Shown piece after piece: positions 1 through 13,000 of a stretch of DNA of 64,000 bases. Each line of letters starts with the position of its first letter. The stretch's first letter is position 1. The stretch is from Callorhinchus milii (Eukaryota), in assembly GCF_018977255.1 (NCBI RefSeq), contig NW_024704742.1:120840001-120904000 (forward strand), given 5' to 3'. The notes below the pieces were generated by a model. That model was not told the DNA's origin. It did no database searches and worked only from the letters and a program-made list of their open reading frames with translations. A program made the translations under genes and the position numbers.

Positions 1-73
1 TGATGGGAGCCAAAGAATATGGCTTACGTCTTGTCTACATTCAGCTGCAGAAAGTTTGCCCTCATCCAGGATA
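1..73 (-). mobile_element. L2 LINE ORF2 fragment, continuation of the 291-1065 copy across a SINE insertion
   Basis: Minus strand translates to SWMRANFLQLNVDKT, the L2 motif that follows the YADD region. Confidence 0.75.
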
Positions 74-76
74 GAA

Positions 77-286
77 CATAATCCCTCCAAAAATAAAAAA
101 ACTATAATAAGTTGGTCATTTTCAATCCACGACAGTTTGTGGGACACTGCTGTGCACAATTAGCTGCTGCGTTTCACCCACAAATATACGGTCAATTCAC
201 TTTACAGTCTATTCTGTGAAGCGCTTTGAGACGTCGAGAAGACATGAAAATCGCTATATCAAATGCAAGGATTATTATTATTATAA
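77..286 (+). mobile_element. 5'-truncated SINE (body plus L2-type tail) inserted into L2
   Basis: Matches the 3' two-thirds of the full SINEs here (ttggtcattttcaatccacgac...aaatgcaaggattattatt); aacata on both sides is a possible TSD. Confidence 0.85.
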
Positions 287-290
287 CATA

Positions 291-1065
291 TGGATGCTGG
301 AGCAGGCAAAGTAGATTTGTGTGTCATCCGCACATACATGTGGAAGTTTACCCCGTGTCTGCGGATGACATCGCCCAGAGGGAGCATATAGATGAGGAAA
401 ACAAGAGGACCAATGATGGAACCTTGGGGTACCCGCAGGTGACTGGGCGGGAGTGGGAGAAGAAACCATTTGCTGAGATGAAGTGGAGACGATTGGTTAA
501 GTAGGACTCGAACCATGCAAATGCAGTCCCACTAAAGTGGATGAGGGAGGAGAGAGAGTGGAGAAGGATGGGGTGGTCGACTATTGAACACAGCAGAGAG
601 ATCCAGAATGATGAGGAGGCAGAGGGAGCCCTGGTCACAGATAGAGAGAATGTTGTTTGTGACTTTGGCAACCGCTGTCTCTGTGCAGTGGGCAGGATGA
701 AAACCAGACTGCAGGGGCTCGAGGAAGGAGTGGAGAGAGAGGTGTGACCGAAGTTGACCTGCAACATTGTGTTCCTTTGCAAGGAAAGGTAGGTTGTAGA
801 TGGGATGGTAACGTGAAAGATTAGCAGGATCGACGGTGGTTTTTTTGAGGAGGGGTGTGATGACAGCGGTTTTCAGTGGGTGGGTGGGGGGGGGGAAAGA
901 ACGATGCAGCCAAGCGAATGTTTTCAATCTTTCACACTTGGCGTTTGATGTGAGGACAGAGGGAGTTTGAGGGGTGCACAGTGGAAAACAGTGGCTTTGG
1001 GTTGTTTTTGGCCTCCGGGATGACTTTGGAGTTTTGGCTTGTGAAAGGGAGAGGTGCTTGAGCAC
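291..1065 (-). mobile_element. L2 LINE reverse transcriptase fragment (frameshifted)
   Basis: Translated pieces [38 protein letters not shown] and ADDTQIY are L2/CR1-group RT motifs. Confidence 0.9.
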
Positions 1066-2719
1066 AAAAGTAACAGTTTAAAGAATTACACTTGGAAGAG
1101 GAGTTCAGTGTAATAATAATCCAAAACAATTAAATCAGAGTGCTGCAGTGGAAAATTAGAGTTAAAGGCAGACTTGTTAGAACAGGAATACTTATTTTCT
1201 GTCACTATCACAAGGTGCTTACAGGCAATAAGTCTCATGGAGCAATAAGCCTCCTAAAGCCGGAGATAATGGGAAGACTAAATAATGATAATCATTGGGC
1301 ATCACTAACAAACATAGGCGATTGTTCTATTTATGTCCTGAGAGTGTCTCATGTTGGGTAGATTATGCACTTTTCATGGTGTTTTGGGACATTTTCACAG
1401 TGTTTTGCTGAATCCCCATTCCAGCATGAATGTGGTGCAAGGCAGGGAATTGTGAAGTAGTTAGAGCTGAAGACTGACTGCTGAGACCTTAAGGATTGTT
1501 TTAGCAGCAGACCAGTTCACACAGCTGCAGTATAAATGTAGGTTGTGTGACTTAATTCGTCCACTGCTCAGAAACGATCTATCAAAGTTCTTGGGCAGTC
1601 TGACTCCTAAACACCATCTGTTATTAAAGCTCTATGTATGTTCTTATTGTGCACATGAACAGTTTTCCACAGTGAGAGCGATTGGGAGGCAGAAATATAA
1701 ATCCAGCTCTCTGTGAGGTGAGGGAGAGAATAAAAATATTAAGTGAATCAATTGAAACTTATTAAATGTCATTAATTCAGAGCCTATTTAGAACCATGGA
1801 ATGATGGATCAGGAGAAATTAACAAACAGTACACACCAATTAAAACATGGTCTTCTGGGCCTAAAATGTAATAACGAATGTAATGTGTTGCGTGCGCCTT
1901 ATCAGGGTATGTGAGGGCGCACATGGATGTGGTGCACACAAGGGCGCCTCCCGACTGTTTTAAAGGGAGTGTCCCAAAAAAACGTGCGCACAACTTGTGT
2001 GCAATGAAGGAATGTAAAGTAAGGAATGGAATGTTTTTGTATCAGAAGAAAAGGAAAAATGTAAAGATGTTGTATGTTGTGTTTGTTTTGGATTTCTGTT
2101 GTACCAAATATTACATTTATTAATAAATATATTTAGAAAAAAATAAAATGCACACGTTGGTGGCAACATTCAAGTTCTGAAGTCGCTGCCCATGTTACTT
2201 TCTGCTTGTGCGCAGTACTGAGGAAGCGATGTCAATGGCAGCCTAATGTCATAATGAGGCACCAGAATGTGATTCTACTATACATTACACAAGATCCATT
2301 CCTTTCGTACACAATTTAGATCAGGATAAGGGTGACCAAATTGGGGGAGCACAATACTAACTATTGTAAAATGGTAAAAGAAAATTAGCTAACAGTGATA
2401 AAAGAGGAATTACAGATTCCTATCAAGAAGATGAAGTCAGAGTATCAGGGAACAAATGACTAGACCATAGAGGTCATAAGTCTAATTACAGGTATGTGGT
2501 GAAATACAATTGAGCTCTAAGGAAGAAACTTCTCTGTACTGATTAGGAAGAGTGAGCTTTAGGGTAATGATTCCTTTCTCTGTGGAATGAAACTCACATT
2601 AGGATATTTATATTGCTAATGTTGCATGCCAATAAAATATTAAGTTTTAAATGTTTCAGTCCAGAGAACTGGAAGCACAACATATTGGAATGTTGTAATT
2701 GGAAGCTCACCATCCATGG

Positions 2720-3484
2720 TACACACCCCACGTTGCTAAACCAGTCCAGAACCTTGGGGTCTTGTTTGACCCTCAATTATCCTTTCTACCCCACATCTGC
2801 GCCATGACCCGCTCTATCTTCCCCCACCTCCGCAACGTCGCCTGGCTCCACCACTGTCTCACACCGCAGGCCACCGAAACCCTCATACACGCCTTCATTA
2901 TATCGAGGCTCGACTATGCAAACTCACTGCTTGTCGGCCTCCCCAACTCCTCCCTCCACAGACTGCAGATCACCCAGAACTTTGCAGCCCATGTCCTCTC
3001 CCCACTAGGCTCCGCGACCCTATCACCCCCATCCTTGCCCAACATCACTTGCTTCCCATCACACAGAGGATACAATTCAAGATCCTGGTCCTCACCTTCA
3101 AAGCCCTCCAAGGTCTTACTCCCCCCTACCTCTCCAACCTCCTAACCCCTACCACCCTGTTCACTCCCTCTGCTCAGCGGGCTCCGGCCTGCTTCATGTC
3201 CCCCGCTTCGCTCACCCCACTATCGGCAGGCAGGCCTTCCGCCACTCTGCATCTACCCTCTGGAACTCCATCCCGCAGGCCCTCTGTTTCACCCCCTCCC
3301 TCCCCACCTTCAAGATCCACCTCAAGACCCTCCTCTTCAACCGTGCTTTCGATCTCCCTACTTCCCCCCCCGCCCTCCCCCACCCAGACCCTCAGCTCGG
3401 GTCCATAACTCTGTCTGTCTAGTGCCTTGGGATGTCCTCCCAACGTGAAAGGCGCAATACAAATGTAATTTTATTGTTGTTGTT
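2720..3484 (+). mobile_element. L2 LINE 3' portion
   Basis: VQNLGVLFDPQLSF, LIHAFIISRLDYANSLL and LPITQRIQFKILVLTFKAL motifs; 3' stem-loop and (TTG)n tail. Confidence 0.92.
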
Positions 3485-5699
3485 GGAAGCATTCAATAAA
3501 ATAGTAGTAGATACAATGCATATGCTGTAAAACGGCATGGTGGCTTAATCAATTAATTTCTCTAACAATTGTTAAGCAATGATGTATAAGTGGCAGTGAC
3601 AAATGGCATGGAGGTTAGGAGGAACAAAAGGAAAAGACACACAATCTAAGGGAAATTCACTCACACTGTGCAACCAGCGTTAGCTGCCTTCCTTACAGTA
3701 CTAGCAGAGGCAAAGTAACAGACTGATTGCTGCCGTTTTGGTTGGGAATCTGTAAGCACCAAGGGGAGCTGAACCAGCAAAAAATAATTGTTCCTGAGTC
3801 ATCAGTGCTCTGCTGATAACACACCAACCAGCCTGTTGTATCGGCAGGACTTGGAGAGGCAGTCCAAGAAAAGCAGTGATTCTTTCCACTCCATTCCTAT
3901 TAACCCTGCAAACCAAGGCCCTAACTGGCAGGGTGTGTGTACTGCTAGGTTCTGCATTCCATTCCAAACACGGGAATTTCCGTGCGTAGATGGCATACAT
4001 ATGTGGAACTCTAAGTCTAGTTTGACTGAGAGTTCCACGTAGTCAACTATGCTTAAGGCATTGTGATGGGTTTCTTTATGTGTCAGACATTCGGCTGACA
4101 ACTTTCATTAATGCAGGTAGTTGTTTTAATGCTCTAACATTGTATATTTCTGCAAATATGGGTTTAAAAACTACAAAGGAACACTTGCCGTAATCATTTT
4201 TTTCAATTAAATTATAAAATTTAAGCACTAAATATTCTTAAATGTAATTTAGAGGTGAATGACTAGTGAGATTTCATGCAGAGCAGCTGTTGACTCAAAC
4301 ATATTTTGCAACCCATCTAATAATCTTAAATCCAAGCTATTTATTCTTATCTTTGAATTCAATGGTTTTGAAACCCAAGTCTTTTCTCCTCCGATTTAAA
4401 TGAAAGTGCCTGAATTGAAAAATAAATGAACAGCGTATTTCAGTACCGTTTTCTATCAATTCATTTCATGCTTCGCTTGATTTCACAGACAGTTTGACAG
4501 ATAATCCAGAGTTACCTTTCAAATTATTGGATCATCAAAGCAGCTATTTTACGCGATGGGTAGACACTGTCAAGTCGATAGTGTGACAAGAAACTATCCA
4601 AATGGTTATAAACACATATTCTGCTTCATTCAGCATTTATATAGGACTTTAAATAAGTCACTGTATGGAGCACTATTTTTTTCAGAAAAGAACTGCATTG
4701 AGGATGTCAATCTGAGATCTGCAGTGATATAAAAAGAACTCTGATTAATATTTTACCTCACACCACTGTTCATGATCATGCAACATACACATTAAAGCAG
4801 TGTTTAATTTTAATGGGATTCTCTGCACTAGGATATTCTGAAAACCCAGTACCTGCCAGGAGTTACATGAATGAGAAATCCTGAGCAAATTGAAGATTAC
4901 AATTGAGCCTCTGCCTTTCCAAATCAATGGGACACTGAATGCCAGTTATGAAATTGTATTTTTCATACTCAAAGTCGAAGTGGAATAAACTAAACAGTGC
5001 ATCCCACAGAGCAATGGAACTCTTTCAAACCCATGACAGGTGAACACAAAGCTCCAAGGCTGAATTCTGCATGATTAATTCTGGTTGAAGCAGCCAACAC
5101 AAACTTTTTAACAGGAGGAGTACTGGGAGAACTGACAAAGTTTGTAATGGTTCTTACCACCCTCTAAGGGCATGATTTCCTGGTCTTTGCTGGATGAAGC
5201 AGTGCAATGATGCAAAGCACTCATATCAGCAATTAATGGACAAGGAAAAGAAAGGTCTAGTTCACAGAACTGGATCTCTTGCCAGCTATGAAGTAACAAT
5301 GAAGCTATGCTACCTTACAGTCTCACCTTATACCCTCACAGCCAGAATGAAGAAGGAAGCAGAGAGGCAGAAGAATGTAAAATAGAAAATCTCGATAAAT
5401 GAATTGAGCTCAGAGTAGCTAATCCACTTTATAGAATATTTCTATGATTGACATTAGCATACCGATCCAATCTATCTTTTATTATTTTCTCATAATTCTT
5501 TTCATGAATCTTACTTAAATTTTACTCTCCCATTTATCCAAAGAACAGCTTTAACAAGAAAATTGATTAAACAACTCTCTCAAAACTTAGCAATTTGGGC
5601 TATTTTATTATTCTCTGATTAATACTAAATGTCTCATCTCTTGCTAGTTATGAAGAAAAAACATCTGGACTTGGAACTCATATATAGCCTAAGATTTCA

Positions 5700-5957
5700 A
5701 TCATGGGATGAGATCTTAAAGCCCCGTCTGACTGTTCAGGTGGACATTAAAAGAAACTGAGTTTCTCCCGGTGTCCTGGCCAATAATACCCTAAATAAAA
5801 TTGGTCATTCACTTTGTGGCTGTTTGTGGGACATTGCTGTGAGCAAACTTGATGCCTTGTCACACAGTCACTCTACTTCACAGCATATCCTGTGAAACAC
5901 TTTGGGACGTCCTCCTGACGTGGAAGGTCCTATAATAATGTAAGGATTATTTTATTG
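5700..5957 (+). mobile_element. Degenerate Deu-domain SINE (SacSINE1/AmnSINE1-like)
   Basis: gccccgtctgactgttcaggtggacattaaaag...tttctcccggtgtcctggccaata matches the Deu-domain as I recall it; L2-type tail. Confidence 0.65.
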
Positions 5958-6699
5958 AGCAATATGAATATATGTTTAGTTTAAAATGGGATTTAATTAT
6001 TGCTTGAAGTTGAAGTGTGGACATTTGGATGATATCTTCTGTATCCATACAGTACCTTTTCTTATGTAAATGTCCAGGAGCTTTAATGCAAACTATTATT
6101 GAAGGTGCATTCTGTGACTTAAATATTTATTAATTTGGCCTCATTTTTAATATGTTAAGATTCTAATACATGTGCTTCATATTGAAGACCAGTTGGATTG
6201 CTACTTTCCCATTGCTTTCTGAGGTAAGCAATGGAAGTTTCAGTGTTACACAATATCACCAGTTAGTTGCTTATATCACAGATGCTAAACAATAGGATTT
6301 CTACCCATCTTAGTTATTGCAGAGCCTGTCAGTCAGACCATGTCAATACAAGAGCATCGCCATTGTAATAAATATGGCTTGGGGGTATATGCTGGTAAGC
6401 AAGACAAAATTGCATTTGATAAGCTAAAAATGTAGTAAGGGCAACAAAAATGAATATCTGTAGTTTTACAATTTCCTACATTAATATTAATGTAATAAAT
6501 TGCGTGCATGGGAAAAGGGAAAAAATTATAATGGCCTGAAAATGGTTCTAAATAATCTTTAGTAAATTCATTCAGATTTTAAAGAGAGATTTAAACATAC
6601 ACAAGTGATGTTGGGATGCAATAAGAAGGGAAATGAAACTGGCTAGAGGAGGAAGCATTGAAGGGGCAGCTGAACCCCACAGCCAAGACTTGAAAGCAC

Positions 6700-6928
6700 T
6701 GGATCCCTACAAGGCAATACTCAAGCTGAATAGTGCTCTGGTCAGGCCATACCTGGAGTATTGTATACAGTTCTAGTCAACATAACCTAAGGGTGCTGCC
6801 CAGCCCTAGAGGAAGTCCAGAGTAGAGCAATGAGGATGATCCTCAGGTTTGAGAAATGAGCAACAAATTAGATAAATTAGGAATCTTCAGCCTTAAAAGG
6901 AGACGTCTCCATGGGGATCTTAGAGAGA
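6700..6928 (+). mobile_element. CR1 LINE fragment
   Basis: Translates to ALVRPYLEYCIQF, a CR1 ORF2 C-terminal motif. Confidence 0.8.
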
Positions 6929-6933
6929 TAACA

Positions 6934-7420
6934 TCAACAACAAGATTACCTTTGTATTGTGCCTTCCACGTCGGGAGGACGTCCCAAGGCGCTGGGCAGT
7001 GTACAGCATTTCAGACCTGAGCTGGGGTCAGGGGGGAGAAGGGAGGGGAGGGGAAGGGGGGTGACCGATGGCATGGTCGAAGAGGAGGGTTTTGAGGCGG
7101 GACTTGAAGGAGGCTAAGGAGGGGTTGAGGCGGAGTGATTGGGGGATGGAATTCCAGAGGTTGGGGGCAGAGTGGCTGAAGGCTCTCCCGCCAATGGTGG
7201 GGTGGGTGGGTCAGGGGACGTGGAGCAGGCCAGAGCCGGCTGAGCGGAGGGAACGGGCAGGTGGGTAGGGGGTTAGGAGATCACAGACATAGGGTGGGGC
7301 GAGACCATTGAAGGCTTTGTAGGTGAGGACCAGGATATTGAACTGAATCCTCTGAAGGATAGTGAGCCAATGGAGTTGGGAGAGAATGGGGGAAGACAGG
7401 GTCACGGAGTTTGGTGTGGG
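6934..7420 (-). mobile_element. L2 LINE 3' end
   Basis: LHWLTILQRIQFNILVLTYKAFNGLAPPY; L2 tail hairpin and (CAA)n on the + strand. Confidence 0.9.
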
Positions 7421-7422
7421 AG

Positions 7423-7692
7423 AACAACAACAACTTGGATTTATATAGCGCCCTCCACGCCGGACAATGTCTCAGAGCGCTTCACAGTAATGGATCCCGG
7501 GGCCGAGCCAGGGGGAGGGGGAAGAAGGTGACCAAAGGCGCGGTCGAAAAGAAGGGTCTTCAGCCGAGACCTGAGAATAGGAAGAGAGGGGGCGAGGCGA
7601 AGGGAGTGAGGAACGGGCGTAGTGGCTGAAGGCACGGCCGCCGAGGGTGGAGCGAAGGATTCGGGGGACAAAGAGGAGGCCAGAGCCGGTGG
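7423..7692 (-). mobile_element. L2 LINE 3' end, different subfamily
   Basis: LRSRLKTLLFDRAF motif with its own (CAA)n tail at about 7423-7434. Confidence 0.8.
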
Positions 7693-8008
7693 AATAATAA
7701 TAATAATCCTTGCATTTGATATAGCACTTTTCACGTCGGGAGGACGTCCCAAAGCGCTTCACAGAACACACTGTAAAGTGAATTGACTGTATATTTGTTG
7801 GCGAACGCGGCTGCCAATTGCGCACAGTAATGTCCCACAAACAGTCGTAGATTGAAAATGACCAATTTATTATTGTTTTTGGTTTTGGAGGGATTATTAT
7901 TAGGCGTGTGGAGTAAGGAAACTTGCCCAAGGTTTCGCCCTGCCTGGAATTGAACTCAGGTCTCTCACTTGCAAAGTGAGTGCTCTAACCACTGAGCTAC
8001 AGGACTCC
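7693..8008 (-). mobile_element. Full-length tRNA-derived SINE (short subfamily)
   Basis: Minus-strand head GGAGTCCTGTAGCTCAGTGGTTAGAGC with A box, B box GTTCAATTCC, TGC anticodon loop, L2-type tail and (ATT)n. Confidence 0.93.
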
Positions 8009-8010
8009 AC

Positions 8011-9010
8011 AAGGCAACGGGCACTGTTGTGAGGAGAGAGGAGAGAGAGGTAGGGGCGTGCAGAGGAGTGGAGGGATTTGAAGACAAGAGTGAGATCTTG
8101 AAGTCGATCCTCTCTGGACAGGCAGCCAGTACAGTCTGGCAAGGACTGGGGTAATTGGGGAGTGGAGTTTGGTGCGGGTAAGAGTGCGGGCGGCGGAGTT
8201 TTGTATGACCTGGATTTTATGGATTGTAGTGGAGGGGAGACCGGCGAGGAGGGCATTTGAATAGTCCAGCCAGGAGGTGACAAAGGTATGGACCAGGGTT
8301 TCAGAGGCTTTTGGAGTGAGGTATTGGCGGAGACAGGCAATGCGTTAGAGGTGGAAGAAAGCGGTGCTGGTGAGGGACCGGATGTGGAGGAGGAAGGATA
8401 ATTGGTGGTCGAACCTGAACCTTAGGTTGCGTACGGATTCAGAGTTTTAGGGGAGGTCAGGTAGGTGGAGGAGGTGAGAACTGTGTGATTTTAGACGTTG
8501 ACGAGATCCAAAGAGTATGGCTTCCATCTTATCAACGTTCAGCTGAAGGAAATTTGTGCTCATCCAGCTCCTGATGTCTGACAGGCAGGCTGACAGAACA
8601 TCAGGGGACTGGGGTTCGCAAAGTGAGGTGGAAAAATAGAGTTGGGTGTCACCTGCATACATGTCGAAATGTACCCCATGTCTGCGGACGACATCCCCAA
8701 GAGGGAGTATATAGATCAGAAAGAGGAGGGGGCCAAGGACGGATCTGCAGGTACCGGGTGAGAGCGGGAGGAGAAGCCATTTGTGCAGATGTACTGCTGG
8801 CGGTTCGTGAGGTAGGACTCGAACCAGGCGAGTGTGGTCCCACTGAGGTGGATGACGGAGGAAAGGTGATGGAGGAGGATGGCGTAATCAACTGTCGAAA
8901 GCGGCGGAGAGGTCCAGGAGGACAAGGAGGCAGAGGGAGCCCTGGTCACAGATAGAGAGGATGTCATTTGAGACGTTCACAAGCGAAGTCTCTGTACTGT
9001 GGGCAGGGCG
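8011..9010 (-). mobile_element. L2 LINE RT/ORF2 fragment
   Basis: HSTETSLVNVSNDILSICDQGSLCLLVLLDLSAAFD; MYAGDTQLY...SWMSTNFLQLNVDKME. Confidence 0.9.
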
Positions 9011-9019
9011 CACAGGTAC

Positions 9020-9230
9020 ATAAGATTTTAAATGGGATTGAGAAAGTAAACACAGAACAATACTTTCAGTTAATCTAAGGCACCAGAACAAGTCGCCCAG
9101 GTTCAACGTTGCAGAGGCAAATTTCAAAACAGGCATCAGGAAGTATTGCTTTACACAGAGAGGAATTAGCAAGGTTGAGGCACGTATGCCGGACACCTTT
9201 TAAGAAATAGCTTGATGCAGTAATGAAAGG
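9020..9230 (+). mobile_element. CR1 LINE 3' fragment
   Basis: Degenerate CR1 end motif (agaacaag...aaatttcaaaacaggcatcaggaagtattgctttacacagagag). Confidence 0.55.
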
Positions 9231-9646
9231 AGCTTAGGTGGGTGTAAAGTGAGCAGAATCAGCAATTCTCTCCTTTATAGAGTAGCAAATTGACTATCTT
9301 CTAATCTACTGAGGTTCATGTAACAGTCCTTATCCTCTGCAGGAAGATTTTCAGCACTAAGGTTTTTAGTAGCACAATGTTGATTTACTTTAATAATAAC
9401 TTTTATTGATAATTAGAAATGATGCTGAACTTTGCAGAGTGTTAACAAGTGGCGTCTTGGGTGTGATGGGACATAAGTTTCTTTCCCTTATCTGGCTGAG
9501 TTGCTGATCTCAACTCTTTTGCTTGAGTGAGATTTTAAATGCGAGTCAGCTACCTCCCCACGAAGGATGGGAGGAATCGGAGGAGTAACCCCAGATCACA
9601 ACTGTCTGTCAGCCTAGTCTATGAATTAAGGTTCAAGTCCCTTGAA

Positions 9647-9915
9647 ATGGTCAAAGGATGGTCAGGGTGAGGGGAGGGAAGGGAGGGAGCGAGCGAGGAG
9701 GGGTTAGAGAGTCGAGAGGGGCGGTGAAGACACGGTTGAAGAGAAAGGTCTTGAGACCGGCCTTGAAGGAGGAAAGGGAGGAGGCGGCGAAGACACTGGG
9801 GGATGAAGTTCCAGAGCCTAGGGGCTGAGAGGCTGAAAGCCCGGCCACCGATGGTAGGGCGGTTGGGGCGGGGGGTGTGGAGCAGCCCGGAGCCAGAGGA
9901 ACGGAGGGTATGATA
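9647..9915 (-). mobile_element. L2 LINE 3' fragment
   Basis: [33 protein letters not shown]; closely resembles the 24901-26125 copy. Confidence 0.9.
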
Positions 9916-10739
9916 CAGGTAAGTAAGTAATTTCCAGCAATAAGCAAATCCAACTGTCAATGTTTTAATGAAACAAAGAAATATAATTTAAAGAAAACCA
10001 ACAAAATAAATAGATTAGGATTGATGTTTTTCAATGAATAAAATACATTGACCAAAATGACATATTCTGAATGCAAGCTGTAGATCTTTGAAGTGGAAAT
10101 TTCCTTCAAATCTCTCTCTCAACTGCCGCCTTTCCATATTTCATCAGTTACCATTTACATTCAAGACTGATGTAAACCTTTGGTCAGTATTTCATCTTAA
10201 CACTGAGCACTGCCTTGTCTCATCAATGTATTCATCTGTTACTTCACCCCAAAATGAGAAACCTCAAAGAAAATTGCAGTTCAATTCACTTTGGCGAGGT
10301 TTCGGAATAGATTGTTCTCGTAACATAACATATTGATCGTCTCTCGACCCATCAATCCATCAGAACTTGATCTGATTCACCCATCGTGTCACTTGCATAA
10401 CTAAATTCCCAGTACATTCACAGGACATCTGATTATTGTGGGCTTCAATTGATGGCAATAAGGCTGAACATGTGTAGCTCTGGTTTGTAACAGAGGAAAC
10501 AGAGCTGAGGAAAAACATTTCTCAGAAGAGTATTTAGTTCCTTACTTCACAGTAACTTATTATCCAATTCTGTACGCAAATCCTGTCGAAAGACTGCTTT
10601 CGTCTTTTAAATTGAGACTGTAATTTAATTTCCCCAAACTGTTTACTTATGGGAGGTTTTCCATGTTCACACTGACCTCTTGATTTCAAATTTCAGAACA
10701 AAAGTGAATTGATAGATAGGAAATAACACAACTGCTAAT

Positions 10740-10890
10740 TAATAATACTAATCCTCGCATTTGATATAGCGCTTTTCAAGTCTTCTAGACGTCTCAAAGC
10801 GCTTCTGTAAAGTGAATTGACTGTATATTTGTGGCGAAATGCGGCAGCCAATTGTGCACAGCAGTGTCCCACAAACAGTCATGGTTTGAA
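10740..10890 (-). mobile_element. SINE 3' portion
   Basis: Matches the reverse complement of the SINE body and tail. Confidence 0.85.
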
Positions 10891-12265
10891 TTGTGTGTGC
10901 ATCTCTGTGCTTACAGTAACATATAAATCTTGCTGCTTTTTATTAGAAATCACACCTCACCGACTACCTTCACATTCATGCATTTTGTTTTAGTCAACCA
11001 AAAAAAAGGTGTCTGACATGCGGAAACTCATCAGCATACTATTGTATGTGCTATACATCCACCACTTTGTTGTGATTGGAAATACAACAGCAAATAATTG
11101 CATTTATGTTATGTCTTTCATGTTTGGAAAATGTCCCAAGGTGCTGGACAGTTGAGGGTTTCCAATGGAAAAGGAGCAGTATAGATTTGCTGGGGTGTTA
11201 CCAGTTATGTGGGGTATCAGTTACAAGGACACACTTGAGAAGTTAAGAGCTTTTTTTCTCTAGGGATGAGAAGACAAAGCTGTCTTCAAAATTATGAAGA
11301 GTTATGCCAGATTAAATAATAACAACAATAATCCTTGCATTTTGTATAGCATCTTCCCCAAAGGAATTAAATACTAGTTTGGAAAACAATCCTTGGATAG
11401 TGATTGGAATGGGGAATTCCTTGCCACAAACAAAGTTTATAGTTTCTTTTAAAAGGGAATTTGATAGACGCTCAAAAAGAGCAATATTAAATAGTATGAA
11501 GAACAAGCAGGACATGGGAAATGTGGAGAAAAACACTTGAACAGACTTGATATGCTATATGGCTATTTTCTCTGCTATAACAGTCCATCACTCTGATCGA
11601 GAGTTCACAAGATCTCTGTGGGGCAGAGTTCTGGTACACTAATTGGAAGATAATGGCTAGAGAGAAAATTATTTTCTAGAGGATCATCCCTTAAAGAGCA
11701 TTGCAAAATGAAACAGCATGGATCAAACGATTAAACTGCTTCCGAAGGAATTATCGAGATGTACCATTTAAAGAACCCCTCAAACTTATGTTTCATCATA
11801 AAGATTGATCGTCAGGAAAGCAAATTTTAATGAAAAATAGATTTAATTTCACTTTTGATTAGTGATTAAAATATTTCACATATGCAACAACAGCAATATA
11901 ACTGGTTGCATTCATATTTAATCCACACCAATAGTTGATTAAGATGTTCACCCCAAATCCCTACGGTGATGTAAAACGACAGCACTAAAATTCCAGTACA
12001 GCACAAAAAAACCTTTAGAATATAATGGTGTAAAACGATTATATATATATATATGAATAATATGTTTGCTTCTTCTGTGATAAATTAAATCCTTCCAATA
12101 TAGAGACCCAATTTTAATATGGAGGGGAAGGGTGGAAGGAAGCAAATAAATTGTATGATCTGATGAATTGCAATAGGTTTACAGACTTCTCTGAAGCTTC
12201 AGTTAAACACCACCTTGTGTTCTGAGGTGGAAGCATTTTCAATTCTGCTGTTCAACAATATAATT

Positions 12266-13000
12266 TACATAGAATGATACAGCACAGAAACTAGTGCATG
12301 CTTGTGTTTATACTCCACACAAGCTTCCACTCCTCCTAGTCCTTTCTTCTAATACTCCTCTATTTCCTTCTCCCTCAAATATGCATCATGTTTCATCTTA
12401 AATACACTGACATTTTTGCTTGCATCTTCTGCCTGTGAATTCCCCATTCTCACCACCCTCTGTGTGAACACATTCGTCCTAAAATCCCTTTTAGATCTGC
12501 TCCTGGCTATCTTATATGTGGAGTCCTGTAACTTAGTGATTACAGCACTCGCCTCGCAAGTGAGAGGACCTGGGTTTGATTGCCGGGCAGGACAAAACGT
12601 TGGGTAAGTTTCTTTACTCCACACACCTCTGTTTACCTAGTAGTAAGTAGGAACCCTGTTGTTAGTCGATTGGCAGATCGCTATTCCGAGGATAATAATT
12701 CCTTCAAAAAAATAAAATAATATTTGGTCACTCAATCCACGTCTGTTTGTTGGACTCTGCTGTGTGCAATTGGCTGCCAAGTTTTGCCCACAAAATATAC
12801 AGTCAATTCACTTTTACAGCATATTCTGTGAAGCGCTTTGAGACGTCTCGAAGATGTGATAAGCCTCTATATCAAATGCAAGGATTATTATTATTATATT
12901 ATTTACTCCCCCTGGTTTTGAATCTATCAGCAAGTGGAAATAACTTATTAATGCCGAACTTATCAAATGCTTTCATAAGAAGTTCTACCTCCTTTAAAAA
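12266..13000 (-). mobile_element. CR1 LINE 3' end interrupted by a SINE
   Basis: catagaatgatacagcacagaaa tail; RDFRTNVFTQRVVRMGNS motif; CR1 sequence resumes after about 12899. Confidence 0.75.
12520..12898 (+). mobile_element. Full-length tRNA-derived SINE (long subfamily)
   Basis: tRNA head, extra internal segment ctctgtttacctagtagtaagtaggaacc, tail (ATT)n. Confidence 0.9.

Noticed and set aside
1887..1994. CpG-rich segment with weak 11-bp inverted ends (gttgcgtgcgc / gtgcgcacaac)
   Set aside because: Three mismatches in 11 bp and no TSD; it may be a DNA-transposon relic but cannot be supported.
10015..10518. Minus-strand ATG-to-TAA frame of 168 codons interrupted only by five TGA codons (selenoprotein-like)
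   Set aside because: No resemblance to selenoprotein P or other Sec contexts and no SECIS seen; TAA/TAG-free runs of this length are expected by chance several times over six frames of 64 kb.
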